DNA of 64,000 bases from Chlamydiales bacterium (GTDB taxonomy: Bacteria > Chlamydiota > Chlamydiia > Chlamydiales > JAAKFR01), in contig JAJACP010000002.1 in NCBI GenBank assembly GCA_022601445.1, forward strand, positions 26-64,025. Reading direction: 5' to 3'. The notes under the pieces are model-generated. The model had not been told where the DNA came from. It made no database searches and saw only the letters and a program-made list of their open reading frames with translations. The translations under genes and the position numbers were made by a program. Positions 35,881-45,048 of the stretch are shown piece by piece (the first letter of the stretch is position 1; the number at the start of each line of letters is the position of its first letter).

Positions 35881-36464
35881 TGATTGGCCTCGATAAAGGT
35901 TTGAACCTCTTGGACAATCTCAGGGGAGATGCAGTTATCTTGCTGGAGCGTAGTCAACACCTCGGAGAGAGTGAAAAGCGAGTGAAGACGATACCCTTTG
36001 CTTTCAATGTTCTTCTTCCCGCCCTGCTGACGATCGAGCAGCACGACAATGTCTGTCACCTTAAGCCCCTCTTCTTCCAGAGGAGCGACCGTCTCAAAAA
36101 CGCTGAGTCCACTTGTCACAAGATCTTCGACAACCAGACAGTTTTGCCCCGGTTTTATGACTCCTTCGATGATCTTTTTGGTGCCATAGTTTTTGGCCTC
36201 TTTACGCCGCATGACCATGGGCATGTTCTGCTTGAGAGAAAGAGCTGTTGCAATCGGCAAAGCTGTATAAGGGACGCCACAAACGCGATCAAATGAATGA
36301 GAAGCGACCGTCTCCCACATCTCTTCCGCAATCTCTTCCAAAAGCTTGGGATAGGAGACCACAAGCCGAAGATCGATGTAGATCGGCGATTGAATGCCGC
36401 TTTTCAACGTAAAATCTCCAAATTTAATAGCGCCAATTTGGTAGAGTTCTTTAATGAGTTGCAT
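35874..36464 (-). CDS. pyrE: orotate phosphoribosyltransferase
   Basis: [23 protein letters not shown] loop [13 protein letters not shown]. Overlaps pyrF by 7 nt. Confidence 0.9.
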
Positions 36465-37548
36465 GATACCTCGCTGCTAAATACGGGTCCCACATCATGC
36501 CCACAGCGGACATGGCTACGTCGGCCCCTGCTTGTAAAAATTGATCAAATTGTTCGGGAGCCGTGACGCCTCCTGTTCCCATGATGGTCATCCCTAGCTT
36601 TTCTTCTTGGTTGACAGCGTGCGCTTTACGAAGAAAGTCGAGAGCGGCCTCTCTGATGGGACTCCCGCACACACCAGAGCGTAAACGCTTCTCTCCCAGC
36701 GCGGGCGCACCATCTTCTTTGACAACATTCATGCTGACGGTATTAATTCCACAAATTGCCTGCACGCCCCCTCTTGCAGCCGCGAGCATAATGGAGCGAA
36801 GTACCTCTTTATCCTCAATCACACCCACCTTGATCACAAGGGGAACAGAGCCCATCACCCGTTTCATGCGGGAGCTAATTTCGTAAACGGCATCGACGTT
36901 GGTAAAAAGACTTCCTTCGCACGAAGAGACATTAGGGCACGAGAGATCGGCCTCCACAATCTGAGCCCCTCCTTCTAAAGCGATTCGTGTTGCCACCACA
37001 AAGTCTTCCAAAAAGTCCTCATTGGGACGAGGCGTCCCCACAACAGAGACAATCATCACCTGACCCGGAGCTAAAGAAGCTCTTGCTCGGGCAATATCTT
37101 CGACTAAAAAGGCTGAGTCACGTGAGGGAATCCCAAAGGAGTTGGTCGCCGCTAAGTTAAGCATATCTTTAGGTGGAACGTCTGCTTGGCTCAATGTCTC
37201 TTGATACCGCTCAGGCGTTAAGGTCCCCTTGGTATCGACATAGATCATATTCGGCAAGGGGTGGGCCGGATGGGGCTTGCTACGGATGGTTTTATAGGTC
37301 ACAATATCAAATCCCATCTCAGCGGCAAAAGTAACCCAACGGGCGTTGAGAAGAGGTCCAGCTGGAACGCCCAAGCGGGAAGCGACCTTAAAACCCAAAA
37401 AATCAAACCACTCTTCTTGAGGAGGAAAGGTGCGCTCGGGCCTTTTAGCATCGAAGAAAGGACCCTCTTCAAGATTGTCGAGGTAGCTTTTGTGAATATC
37501 GTAAATAGGCGGTTTTTCCGGCCACCATGTAGGAAGTGTTTCAGACAT
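36451..37548 (-). CDS. pyrD: dihydroorotate dehydrogenase, class-1-like (Cys catalytic base)
   Basis: VASRLGVPAGPL, TYKTI, EADLSCPNV (class 1 N-x-S-C-P-N type, not the class 2 SSPN type), GTGGV. Has a ~45-aa N-terminal extension. No pyrK nearby. Confidence 0.8.
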   Translation of the reverse strand: MSETLPTWWPEKPPIYDIHKSYLDNLEEGPFFDAKRPERTFPPQEEWFDFLGFKVASRLGVPAGPLLNARWVTFAAEMGFDIVTYKTIRSKPHPAHPLPNMIYVDTKGTLTPERYQETLSQADVPPKDMLNLAATNSFGIPSRDSAFLVEDIARARASLAPGQVMIVSVVGTPRPNEDFLEDFVVATRIALEGGAQIVEADLSCPNVSSCEGSLFTNVDAVYEISSRMKRVMGSVPLVIKVGVIEDKEVLRSIMLAAARGGVQAICGINTVSMNVVKEDGAPALGEKRLRSGVCGSPIREAALDFLRKAHAVNQEEKLGMTIMGTGGVTAPEQFDQFLQAGADVAMSAVGMMWDPYLAARYHATH

Positions 37549-37559
37549 AAATCCCTCGT

Positions 37560-37565
37560 ATTATA
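37560..37565 (-). promoter_or_regulatory. candidate -10 box (perfect TATAAT) upstream of pyrD
   Basis: The minus strand reads TATAATACGAGGGATTTATG. The hexamer ends 11 nt before the pyrD ATG. Only a weak -35 (TTTAGT, 17-nt spacer). Confidence 0.3.
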
Positions 37566-37576
37566 TAGATACTCTT

Positions 37577-37834
37577 ATGCAAACTAAACTTTTTGTGGGC
37601 ACTCGCCTCACTCCAGAACTGAAAATGCAGCTCGGCCCCGCTCTCCCTTCTCTCACCTGTATTCCGTACGAAGGGAAGGAGTATCTCGGCCGCTACCTTA
37701 CCTCAGAGCATCCAACCATGGAGGAGGTCCGTACGGAGTGTGAGCACTTCCTTCTTAAGCTACAGGAGCGGTGTCCTGAGTTTCGGGTGGATAATCTCCC
37801 AGTTGTGGTTTTCCCTCAACTGTTCGTCGGTTAA
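37577..37834 (+). CDS. hypothetical 85-aa ORF in the pyrC-pyrD spacer (doubtful)
   Basis: ORF only, no SD. The 3' end overlaps the convergent pyrC tail by 80 nt. Confidence 0.3.
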   Translation: MQTKLFVGTRLTPELKMQLGPALPSLTCIPYEGKEYLGRYLTSEHPTMEEVRTECEHFLLKLQERCPEFRVDNLPVVVFPQLFVG

Positions 37835-38987
37835 CCGAGTAAGCTCTTCCATCTAGGATCACATACTCAGGCCATCCACGCAGTGTTCTACCTCGATACG
37901 GGGACCAACCGCATTTGGATTTGACCATTTTATCGGTGACCGTTAATTCCATTTCCAAATCGACCAAAACAATGTCATCGTTAGGAGGGAGGTTAAAGAT
38001 CTTCTGGGGATTGGTATGGGTCAATTCAATCACCCGCTCTAGTGTGAGCCGCCCGTGATAAACCGCATCCAAAAGTAAGGGCAAAAGAGTCTCCACACCC
38101 GGAATTCCCGAGGGAGCTTCTCCAAAAGGACGCTTTTTTTCTTCTACTGTATGGGGGGCGTGATCGGTTCCAATGGTATCGATGGTCCCATCGGTAATCC
38201 CTTCCCAGAGCGCCTCTTGGTCCTCTTTAGTACGTAAAGGAGGATTCATCTGCACAAAAGTGCCGAACTGCGCATAATCCTCAACGCTCAAAAAGAGATG
38301 GTGGGTGGTCGCCTCAGCCGTCACGGTGATTCCCTCTTGCTTAGCTGAACGGACAAGGGCCACCTCTTCTTTGGTGCTCATATGGAGAATATGAAGGCGT
38401 ACGCCGTGCTTTTTAGCTAAATGAATCGCCTTAGTTGTGGCGCGAATAGCAGCCTCTCTGGGACGCATAATCGAGTGTGTCGCTGGATCAGTGGCGCCTG
38501 CGAACTCTCTCCGCTTTTCTGCAAGCAACTCTTCATCTTCCGCATGCACAGCTACCAGCATATCGGCTTCACCCGCAAGACGGAATGCTTCATCTAGAGC
38601 CTCATCCGTATCAATGACAAGTCCGCCTGTGCTGCATCCCATAAACACTTTTAGCCCCACAACCTGACCAGCTGCGGCTGCAATTTGGTCAAAGTGCGCT
38701 TTATCTGCACCTAGATAAAGGCCGTAGCGAAGCGGAATGTCGACTCTTTTCAGCTGCGCATCGATTACCTTCTTTTTCTCAATCAAAGCCTCCACAGTGG
38801 TACACGGGGGAGAGTTGTTGGGCATATCGCACACCGTTGTCACTCCTCCATGGAGAGCGGCGATGGCTCCTGATTTCCAATCTTCTTTTTTCTCCCCACC
38901 AGGCACCCGAAAGTGGACGTGTAGATCAATTAAAGCAGGGAGGGCGGTTAGGCCACTAAAATCAAGCTCAGAACGTGTCATGGGCAA
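37755..38987 (-). CDS. pyrC: dihydroorotase
   Basis: LIDLHVHFRVPG, AVHAED, GTDHAPH. About 25 extra C-terminal residues compared with what I expect. Confidence 0.9.
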   Translation of the reverse strand: MPMTRSELDFSGLTALPALIDLHVHFRVPGGEKKEDWKSGAIAALHGGVTTVCDMPNNSPPCTTVEALIEKKKVIDAQLKRVDIPLRYGLYLGADKAHFDQIAAAAGQVVGLKVFMGCSTGGLVIDTDEALDEAFRLAGEADMLVAVHAEDEELLAEKRREFAGATDPATHSIMRPREAAIRATTKAIHLAKKHGVRLHILHMSTKEEVALVRSAKQEGITVTAEATTHHLFLSVEDYAQFGTFVQMNPPLRTKEDQEALWEGITDGTIDTIGTDHAPHTVEEKKRPFGEAPSGIPGVETLLPLLLDAVYHGRLTLERVIELTHTNPQKIFNLPPNDDIVLVDLEMELTVTDKMVKSKCGWSPYRGRTLRGWPEYVILDGRAYSVNRRTVEGKPQLGDYPPETQDTAPVA

Positions 38988-39414
38988 AACTCTTTTGACA
39001 GTAATAACAGGTTAACTGGACGCCCCGCACCGGTTTATCCACAGAAAAACGGGTCTTTGTCTGCTCGTGATTCGTGATGCATTTTTCATTGGGGCAACGG
39101 AGCACTTTTTCCACCTTTTTAGGCAGAGAAACAGCAAATTTTTTCGTGAGCTCAAAATCGCGGATGATGTTCAGAGTTGCTTTCGGGGCAAAAATAGCGA
39201 TCTGTTGCGCTTCGGACTCGGTGATTTCACGCCCCTCTACTTTGATCAAATCTTTGTATCCCATAGTCTTGCTTGGGAGATTTAAGCCAAGTGTGACCTG
39301 ATGGTGCTGGCTATCTAGTTTCAATAAGCGGACAATCCGCATTCCTTGTCCGGCGGGAATGTGATCGATCACGGTTCCTTTTTGAATCGCAGCGACTGAT
39401 AGTGTTGTGCTCAT
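38968..39414 (-). CDS. pyrI: aspartate carbamoyltransferase regulatory chain
   Basis: LSVAAIQKGTVIDHIPAGQG. Zn-domain cysteines CPNEKCITNHE...CYYC. Confidence 0.9.
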   Translation of the reverse strand: MSTTLSVAAIQKGTVIDHIPAGQGMRIVRLLKLDSQHHQVTLGLNLPSKTMGYKDLIKVEGREITESEAQQIAIFAPKATLNIIRDFELTKKFAVSLPKKVEKVLRCPNEKCITNHEQTKTRFSVDKPVRGVQLTCYYCQKSFAHDTF

Positions 39415-40313
39415 CCTTTACCTAATAGTTTACAAAGTAGCGCTTGCCGCACATAGAGTCCATTCTCAGCTTGTTGGAAATAGTAGGCGTGCTCAGTGGC
39501 ATCAACAGAGGTGTCGATCTCGTTGACACGAGGCAAAGGGTGCAGCACCTTAAGTCCCTGTTTTGCATTTTCCAACATTTCAGCTGTGAGAATAAAGTGA
39601 TCTTTAACACGTTGATACTCATCTGCGCTTGTGAATCTCTCTTTTTGTACACGGGTCATGTAGAGAATGTCTACCTTATCGACAATCTCTTCAATCGCGC
39701 TGTGAAACGAATAGCGAATCCCCGCTTTTTTGAGCTCTTCGCAGACCGAATCGGGCATACTGAGAGAGGGGGGCGCCACAAAATAGAGGCGGATATCAAA
39801 TTGTTTAAGCGCATAAGCAAGAGAGTGGACCGTTCTACCATTGAGAAGATCGCCCACAAAAGCGATGTGCAAGCCATCAATTTTTCCACAGCTCTCTTGA
39901 ATGGAAAACAGATCGAGAAGTGTCTGTGTAGGATGTTCATTGGCCCCATCACCTGCATTAATGACCGGTTTTTCGGTTGAATCAGCTGCTTGTCGCGCCG
40001 AACCTTCTAAGGGATGGCGAATCACAATGACGTCGGAGTAAAGTCCAATCACCTTCATCGAATCGTGCAGAGACTCTCCTTTCTTAGTGGCTGTTGACGT
40101 GTCATCGGAAAAACCGACCACTTCTCCGCCCAGTCGCTTCATTGCCGCCTCAAAAGAGAGGCGTGTGCGTGTTGAAGGCTCAAAAAAACAGCTGCCCATC
40201 ACGTGCCCTTGTAAAATGGGACCGGGAGGCTTTTGCTTCATCTCCAACGCTTTCTGAAGAAGAATTTCGATCTCATTTCTATGTAGCTCTTTAATTGAGA
40301 CAAGATTATGCAT
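39411..40313 (-). CDS. pyrB: aspartate carbamoyltransferase catalytic chain
   Basis: FFEPSTRTRLSFE, RHPLEG, EHPTQ, LHPLPR. Confidence 0.95.
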   Translation of the reverse strand: MHNLVSIKELHRNEIEILLQKALEMKQKPPGPILQGHVMGSCFFEPSTRTRLSFEAAMKRLGGEVVGFSDDTSTATKKGESLHDSMKVIGLYSDVIVIRHPLEGSARQAADSTEKPVINAGDGANEHPTQTLLDLFSIQESCGKIDGLHIAFVGDLLNGRTVHSLAYALKQFDIRLYFVAPPSLSMPDSVCEELKKAGIRYSFHSAIEEIVDKVDILYMTRVQKERFTSADEYQRVKDHFILTAEMLENAKQGLKVLHPLPRVNEIDTSVDATEHAYYFQQAENGLYVRQALLCKLLGKG

Positions 40314-43300
40314 TTACCTCTCCTATAAATTGATTCCACGGTTTAACCGCAATTTTGGTGTCCACTTCAACCAGTGACTGTAAAAATACAGAGGCGATTT
40401 GAAGATTGGTAATCAGAGGGATATTGTGGTCAATCGCATGACGCCGAATCCGAAATCCGTCGGTTGCTGCTTTTGATGAGGCAACTCCACTCGGAATATT
40501 GATGATGAGATCGACCTCTCGGTCATTGATGGCATCCATGACATTCGGATGAAACCCTTCGCTCGCTTTAAAGAGACAGCGAGATGCAATTCCTTTTTGC
40601 GAAAGATAGTCGTGCGTGCCGGGTGTGGTATAGATTTTCCAGCCACGCGCATCGAGTACTCTTAGCTCTTCAAGAAGCTTTTCTTTCACTGCTCCGCCAA
40701 TACTCACCAGTAGCCGTTTTCCCTTCACAGACTGCTCAGTGGCTTCCCACGAGCGGAAAAAGGCCTCCAAGAGATTTCCTCCTAAACAGGCAACCTCACC
40801 TGTAGAAGCCATCTCTACATGGGCTACCGGATTTGCCCCTTTCAGACGGCTATAAGAAAACTGTGGGGTTTTGATCCCTACATAGTCAAGATCTAGAGTA
40901 TTGTAGTCTCGTTTTTGATACGTTCCTAGCATCACCTCAGCAGCAATTTCAATAAAATTGTGCCCCGTTACCTTAGAAACAAAGGGGAAAGACCTGGAGG
41001 CACGCACATTGAGCTCAATTACCTTGATTGCATTCTCTTTGGCAATGAACTGAATGTTGAAAGGGCCTGTAATTTTCAGCGCTTTGACAATTTGGCGTGT
41101 AATCGCTTTCGTCCGCCTGATCGTCTCAAGATAGAGTTTCTGTGGAGGCAATACAATCGTTGCATCCCCTGAGTGGACACCCGCATTTTCAATGTGCTCT
41201 GAGATCGCCTCGATGACGATCTCTCCATTAGAGGCCACTCCATCGATTTCAAGCTCTTTGGCATGCAAAATAAACTGGGAGAGCACAACAGGGTGCTCTC
41301 GCGAGACTACTGTCGCCTCTTCCAAATAGCGATTGAGCTCACCTGGGTTGTAAATCACATTCATAGCTGCGCCAGAAAGGACATAAGAGGGGCGCACTAG
41401 AATCGGATAGCCTACCTCACCAGCAAAAGCGCGCGCTTTTTCCAAAGTCGTGACTTCAGCCCAAGCAGGTTGGTCGATCTCTAAATCATTGAGAAGCGAG
41501 GAGAATTTCTGTCGATTTTCGGCCATATCAATCGAAGGAGGCGGTGTACCTAAGATCGGGTAGCCAGCATTATGGAGAGGAAGAGCCAAATTATTGGCGA
41601 TTTGTCCTCCTACAGAGATCACGATCCCTTTGGGCGACTCAAAATCGGCGATATCCCGCACCCGTTCAAGTGTAAGCTCTTCAAAATAGAGACGATCAGA
41701 CTCATCGTAGTCGGTCGAAACAGTCTCAGGATTAGAGTTGAGCATAATCGCCGGCATGCCCTGCTTACGCAGAGTTCTGGCCGTATTCACTGCGCACCAA
41801 TCAAACTCAACAGAGGAGCCGATTGCATAAGGACCCGATCCCATCACAAGGGTAGGAGAGTTCTGAGAAGGCTCTAGGTCGTTGTGTGTGCCGTGATAGG
41901 TGAGATAGAGGTAATTTGTCTCTGCATCAAATTCGCCCGCAAGCGTGTCGATCTGCTTCACAACAGGGCGTATACCCATTTCAAGTCTTTTGGAGCGGAT
42001 GGTTTGCTCATCTGTATTTTTCAGACGTGCCAGCGCTTGATCTGAAAAGCCCATTTTTTTGGCGCGTTTCATTACCACGTCCAGAGGTTGCTCTCGGATC
42101 TCCTCTTCCATCATCACAAGCGCTTTTAGATGGTGTAAAAACCACTTGTCAATTTTAGAAAGCGCATGAACCTCTTCAACCCCCATTCCCTCACGCATCG
42201 CGTTTCCAATTGCATAGAGGCGTCTGTCAGTGGCATTTTCGATCTCAAGCGTGGGACTAGGAATCGAGTAGGGATAGTCAAAAAGGGAGCTGCAGCCGAT
42301 GTTGAGCATCCGAATCGCCTTCTGAAGGGCTTCAGGAAAGGATCTGCCAATGGCCATCACCTCACCCACGCTCTTCATCTCAGAACCGATGGTTCTTTCA
42401 GCTGCGCGCAGTTTATTGGTATCCCAGCGGGGCATTTTCACGACAATGTAGTCGAGAGCCGGCTCGAAAAATGCCGAGGTCTGTTTTGTAACCGAGTTTT
42501 TGATTTCATGAAGCTTGTATCCCAGCGCCAGTTTAGCTGCGACAAAAGCGAGTGGATACCCTGTGGCTTTTGAGGCTAAGGCGCTAGAACGTGAGAGACG
42601 TGCGTTGACCTCGATCACCCGATAATCCACCTGATTCGGATGCACGGCATACTGAATGTTACACTCACCGACCACACCCAGATGACGCACCGTTTTGATC
42701 GCCACCTCGCGGAGCATGTGATACTCTTCGTTACTCAAGGTCTGCGAGGGAGCCACCACAATACTTTCGCCCGTATGGATGCCCATCGGATCAAAGTTCT
42801 CCATATTACAGACTGTGATCGTGTTGTCTTCGCTATCGCGCACCACTTCATATTCGATCTCTTTCCAACCTGCCAGGTACTCTTCGATCAAAATTTGAGG
42901 AGCATGGCTTAATGCTTCAGAGGCGCGCAGAACTAGCTCTTCTTCATCACGCACTCTTCCAGAGCCCATCCCCCCTAAAGAGAAGCCCGAGCGCAGCATC
43001 ACTGGATAGCCCACTTTTTGCGCCGCTTCTTTTGCCTCTTCAACAGTTGTCGCCGTATAGCTCAGAGCCGTTTTCACACCGATTTCATCAAGCGCTTCTT
43101 TAAAAAGCTGCCGATCCTCCGTAATTTGCACCGTAGAGACCTGTGTGCCTAGCACCTCCACCTCGTAGTAAGCCAGCACGCCACTTGCATCCAACTGCAA
43201 ACCCAAATTGAGCGCTGTTTGCCCTCCAAAACTCAGCAAAATCGCATCAGGACGCTCTTTTTGAATGATTTCAGTGACTGTTTTTTCATTGAGGGGAAGC

Positions 43301-43485
43301 AAATAGACCTGATCAGCCATCCCCTTATCTGTTTGTACGGTGGCGATGTTAGGGTTGACCAGAATCGTATAGTGTCCCTCTTCCTTCAGCGCTTTGATCG
43401 CCTGAGAGCCTGAGTAATCAAACTCACCCGCCTGTCCAATGCGCAAGCCGCCAGAGCCAAGAATTAAGATCTTTCGTTTAGACAT
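40306..43485 (-). CDS. carB: carbamoyl-phosphate synthase large subunit
   Basis: 1059 aa. Duplicated ATP-grasp halves (ILILGSGGLRIGQAGEFDYSGSQA.. and VMGSGPYAIGSSVEFDWC..). C-terminal MGS-like domain. Confidence 0.97.
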   Translation of the reverse strand: MSKRKILILGSGGLRIGQAGEFDYSGSQAIKALKEEGHYTILVNPNIATVQTDKGMADQVYLLPLNEKTVTEIIQKERPDAILLSFGGQTALNLGLQLDASGVLAYYEVEVLGTQVSTVQITEDRQLFKEALDEIGVKTALSYTATTVEEAKEAAQKVGYPVMLRSGFSLGGMGSGRVRDEEELVLRASEALSHAPQILIEEYLAGWKEIEYEVVRDSEDNTITVCNMENFDPMGIHTGESIVVAPSQTLSNEEYHMLREVAIKTVRHLGVVGECNIQYAVHPNQVDYRVIEVNARLSRSSALASKATGYPLAFVAAKLALGYKLHEIKNSVTKQTSAFFEPALDYIVVKMPRWDTNKLRAAERTIGSEMKSVGEVMAIGRSFPEALQKAIRMLNIGCSSLFDYPYSIPSPTLEIENATDRRLYAIGNAMREGMGVEEVHALSKIDKWFLHHLKALVMMEEEIREQPLDVVMKRAKKMGFSDQALARLKNTDEQTIRSKRLEMGIRPVVKQIDTLAGEFDAETNYLYLTYHGTHNDLEPSQNSPTLVMGSGPYAIGSSVEFDWCAVNTARTLRKQGMPAIMLNSNPETVSTDYDESDRLYFEELTLERVRDIADFESPKGIVISVGGQIANNLALPLHNAGYPILGTPPPSIDMAENRQKFSSLLNDLEIDQPAWAEVTTLEKARAFAGEVGYPILVRPSYVLSGAAMNVIYNPGELNRYLEEATVVSREHPVVLSQFILHAKELEIDGVASNGEIVIEAISEHIENAGVHSGDATIVLPPQKLYLETIRRTKAITRQIVKALKITGPFNIQFIAKENAIKVIELNVRASRSFPFVSKVTGHNFIEIAAEVMLGTYQKRDYNTLDLDYVGIKTPQFSYSRLKGANPVAHVEMASTGEVACLGGNLLEAFFRSWEATEQSVKGKRLLVSIGGAVKEKLLEELRVLDARGWKIYTTPGTHDYLSQKGIASRCLFKASEGFHPNVMDAINDREVDLIINIPSGVASSKAATDGFRIRRHAIDHNIPLITNLQIASVFLQSLVEVDTKIAVKPWNQFIGEVNA

Positions 43486-44519
43486 GTATAAAACCTTTCA
43501 AAAAACCAACGGGTATCGGTGGGCCCAGGTGAGGCCTCAGGATGGAACTGAACCGCATAAAAAGGAAGAGACGTGTGCGCAACCCCTTCCACCGACCCAT
43601 CATTTAAATTCCGAAATGTCACCTTCCAATCAGATGGAAGCGTTGTTTCATCTACAGCATAGCCGTGATTTTGACTCGTAATGTAGCACTTGCCCGTCTC
43701 CAGATCCATGCAAGGCTGATTCTGCCCGCGATGACCGAACGGAAGCTTATAGGTCTTAGCTCCTGCCGCCAGAGCAAGCATTTGAGAGCCGAGACAGACA
43801 CCAAAAATCGGTTTACCCTTTGTCATCGCCTTTTTCAAAATAGCTAGCGTCTCGGCAGAGCGAACCGGATCGCCTGGGCCATTGGAGAGAAAAACTCCAT
43901 CAAAAGGCTCTTCTGAGTAATCATAGTCATGAGGAACTCGGACAATCTCAACAGGGTATTTCGCCAACCAGCGGAGCATGCTTTCCTTCATGCCGCAGTC
44001 GACAGCGATGACCCGTTTTTTCCCTTTTCCCTGTGTAACCGGTGCCTCAATCGAAACCTTAGCAACGAGATGCTCGAGATTCGGATCCACAAAAGTTGGG
44101 TTTGCAGACGCATCGGAAATGACACCCAAAAGAGCGCCTTGAGAGCGGAGCATTTTGGTCACCGCGCGCGTGTCGATTCCTGTAATCAAGGGAACCCCTT
44201 CCGCTTTCAGCCACTCTTCGAGGGAGCGGAGTCCAGCGTGATGGCTCCACTCTGAACAGCATGTGCTCACAATCACACCGGCAGCGTGAATCTTTTTGGA
44301 CTCCCAGAAGGAAGGGTCTGCCACGCCGTAGTTGCCGATGAGAGGGTAGGTAAACAAAAGAATTTGGCCTGCAAAGGAAGGGTCTGTGAGGCTTTCGTAG
44401 TAGCCGCACATGCCGGTGGTAAAGACCACCTCTCCAGCATAAGTTCCGGTCTGCCAATCAGGAGACTCCCCTTGTAGGGTCTGCCCATTTTCAAGAATTA
44501 AATAGCTTGGCTTCATCAT
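43464..44519 (-). CDS. carA: carbamoyl-phosphate synthase small (glutaminase) subunit
   Basis: LILENGQTLQGES..GEVVFTTGMCGYYESLTDPSF. GATase triad region GVCLGSQML and FHPE. Confidence 0.95.
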   Translation of the reverse strand: MMKPSYLILENGQTLQGESPDWQTGTYAGEVVFTTGMCGYYESLTDPSFAGQILLFTYPLIGNYGVADPSFWESKKIHAAGVIVSTCCSEWSHHAGLRSLEEWLKAEGVPLITGIDTRAVTKMLRSQGALLGVISDASANPTFVDPNLEHLVAKVSIEAPVTQGKGKKRVIAVDCGMKESMLRWLAKYPVEIVRVPHDYDYSEEPFDGVFLSNGPGDPVRSAETLAILKKAMTKGKPIFGVCLGSQMLALAAGAKTYKLPFGHRGQNQPCMDLETGKCYITSQNHGYAVDETTLPSDWKVTFRNLNDGSVEGVAHTSLPFYAVQFHPEASPGPTDTRWFFERFYTCLNERS

Positions 44520-44550
44520 AAAAAAAAGCCATCCTGTTTAGAGGATGGCT
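44520..44550 (-). terminator. intrinsic-terminator-like hairpin plus U8 that directly abuts the carA start codon (possible attenuator)
   Basis: The minus strand reads AGCCAUCCU-CUAAAC-AGGAUGGCU UUUUUUU AUGAUG. The 9-bp stem is 44527-44535 / 44542-44550. The T8 run is 44520-44527. carA ATG is at 44519. Confidence 0.6.
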
Positions 44551-44628
44551 TGAGGGTCAAAACTTTTAAAAAATTTCGGCTTCATTAGGGAGAAGTTTAC
44601 CCTAACGCCCTTTTCCGATCAAGCTTTA

Positions 44629-44925
44629 TCAACCGGCACTCAGATCATTCAGCAGGATAAAAAGTCTCTTAGCAGAAACAGAGGCCCGATCAGCTCCGGC
44701 GAGCCGCTTTTCGATGACTCTCTTAAAACCTCTGATCTCTCCCTCATCCAGCATACCTTTTTCCGCCCAATAGCGATCGATACTCTCAAAAACACTCTCG
44801 TCGGATATATCTTCGGTAAAGACAGCCGTCCATTCGACTCCCTCTTCCACCGAGTCTTCGACTCTCTTGTCTTTCCATGCCCCATTTACGGTCCTCTGTG
44901 CCACCTTGCCTACTGCAGCAAGCAC
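44629..44925 (-). CDS. hypothetical protein (GTG start; may be the 3' part of a frameshifted gene)
   Basis: ORF only. Acidic 98 aa. An upstream ATG ORF (45013..44910) with an AAGGA-like RBS ends 16 nt inside it, in another frame. Confidence 0.35.
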   Translation of the reverse strand: MLAAVGKVAQRTVNGAWKDKRVEDSVEEGVEWTAVFTEDISDESVFESIDRYWAEKGMLDEGEIRGFKRVIEKRLAGADRASVSAKRLFILLNDLSAG

Positions 44926-45048
44926 CCCTTTAACCTTAACCCAAAAGAGCTGAGCTGGTTCTCATCAGCGTTCTCTTTAGTACCTGAGAATCCACACGAA
45001 AGGCTCGCTTCTGCCCTTGAAATTGCCATTTCATTAATCCTTTTTTTA

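Noticed and set aside
37549-37760. A PyrR-type attenuator (UCCAGAGAGG-like binding loop) in the pyr spacers and leader.
   Set aside because: I saw no match on the minus strand by eye. Only TCCAGAA occurs, and on the wrong strand. No pyrR gene is in the window.
40413-44494. Numerous 60-135-aa ORFs on both strands inside carB and carA. Similar ones occur inside copA, the MORN gene, the NSS transporter and the opp genes.
   Set aside because: They are fully embedded in long genes with strong family motifs. They are alternative-frame or antisense artefacts with Arg/Ser/Pro-skewed composition.
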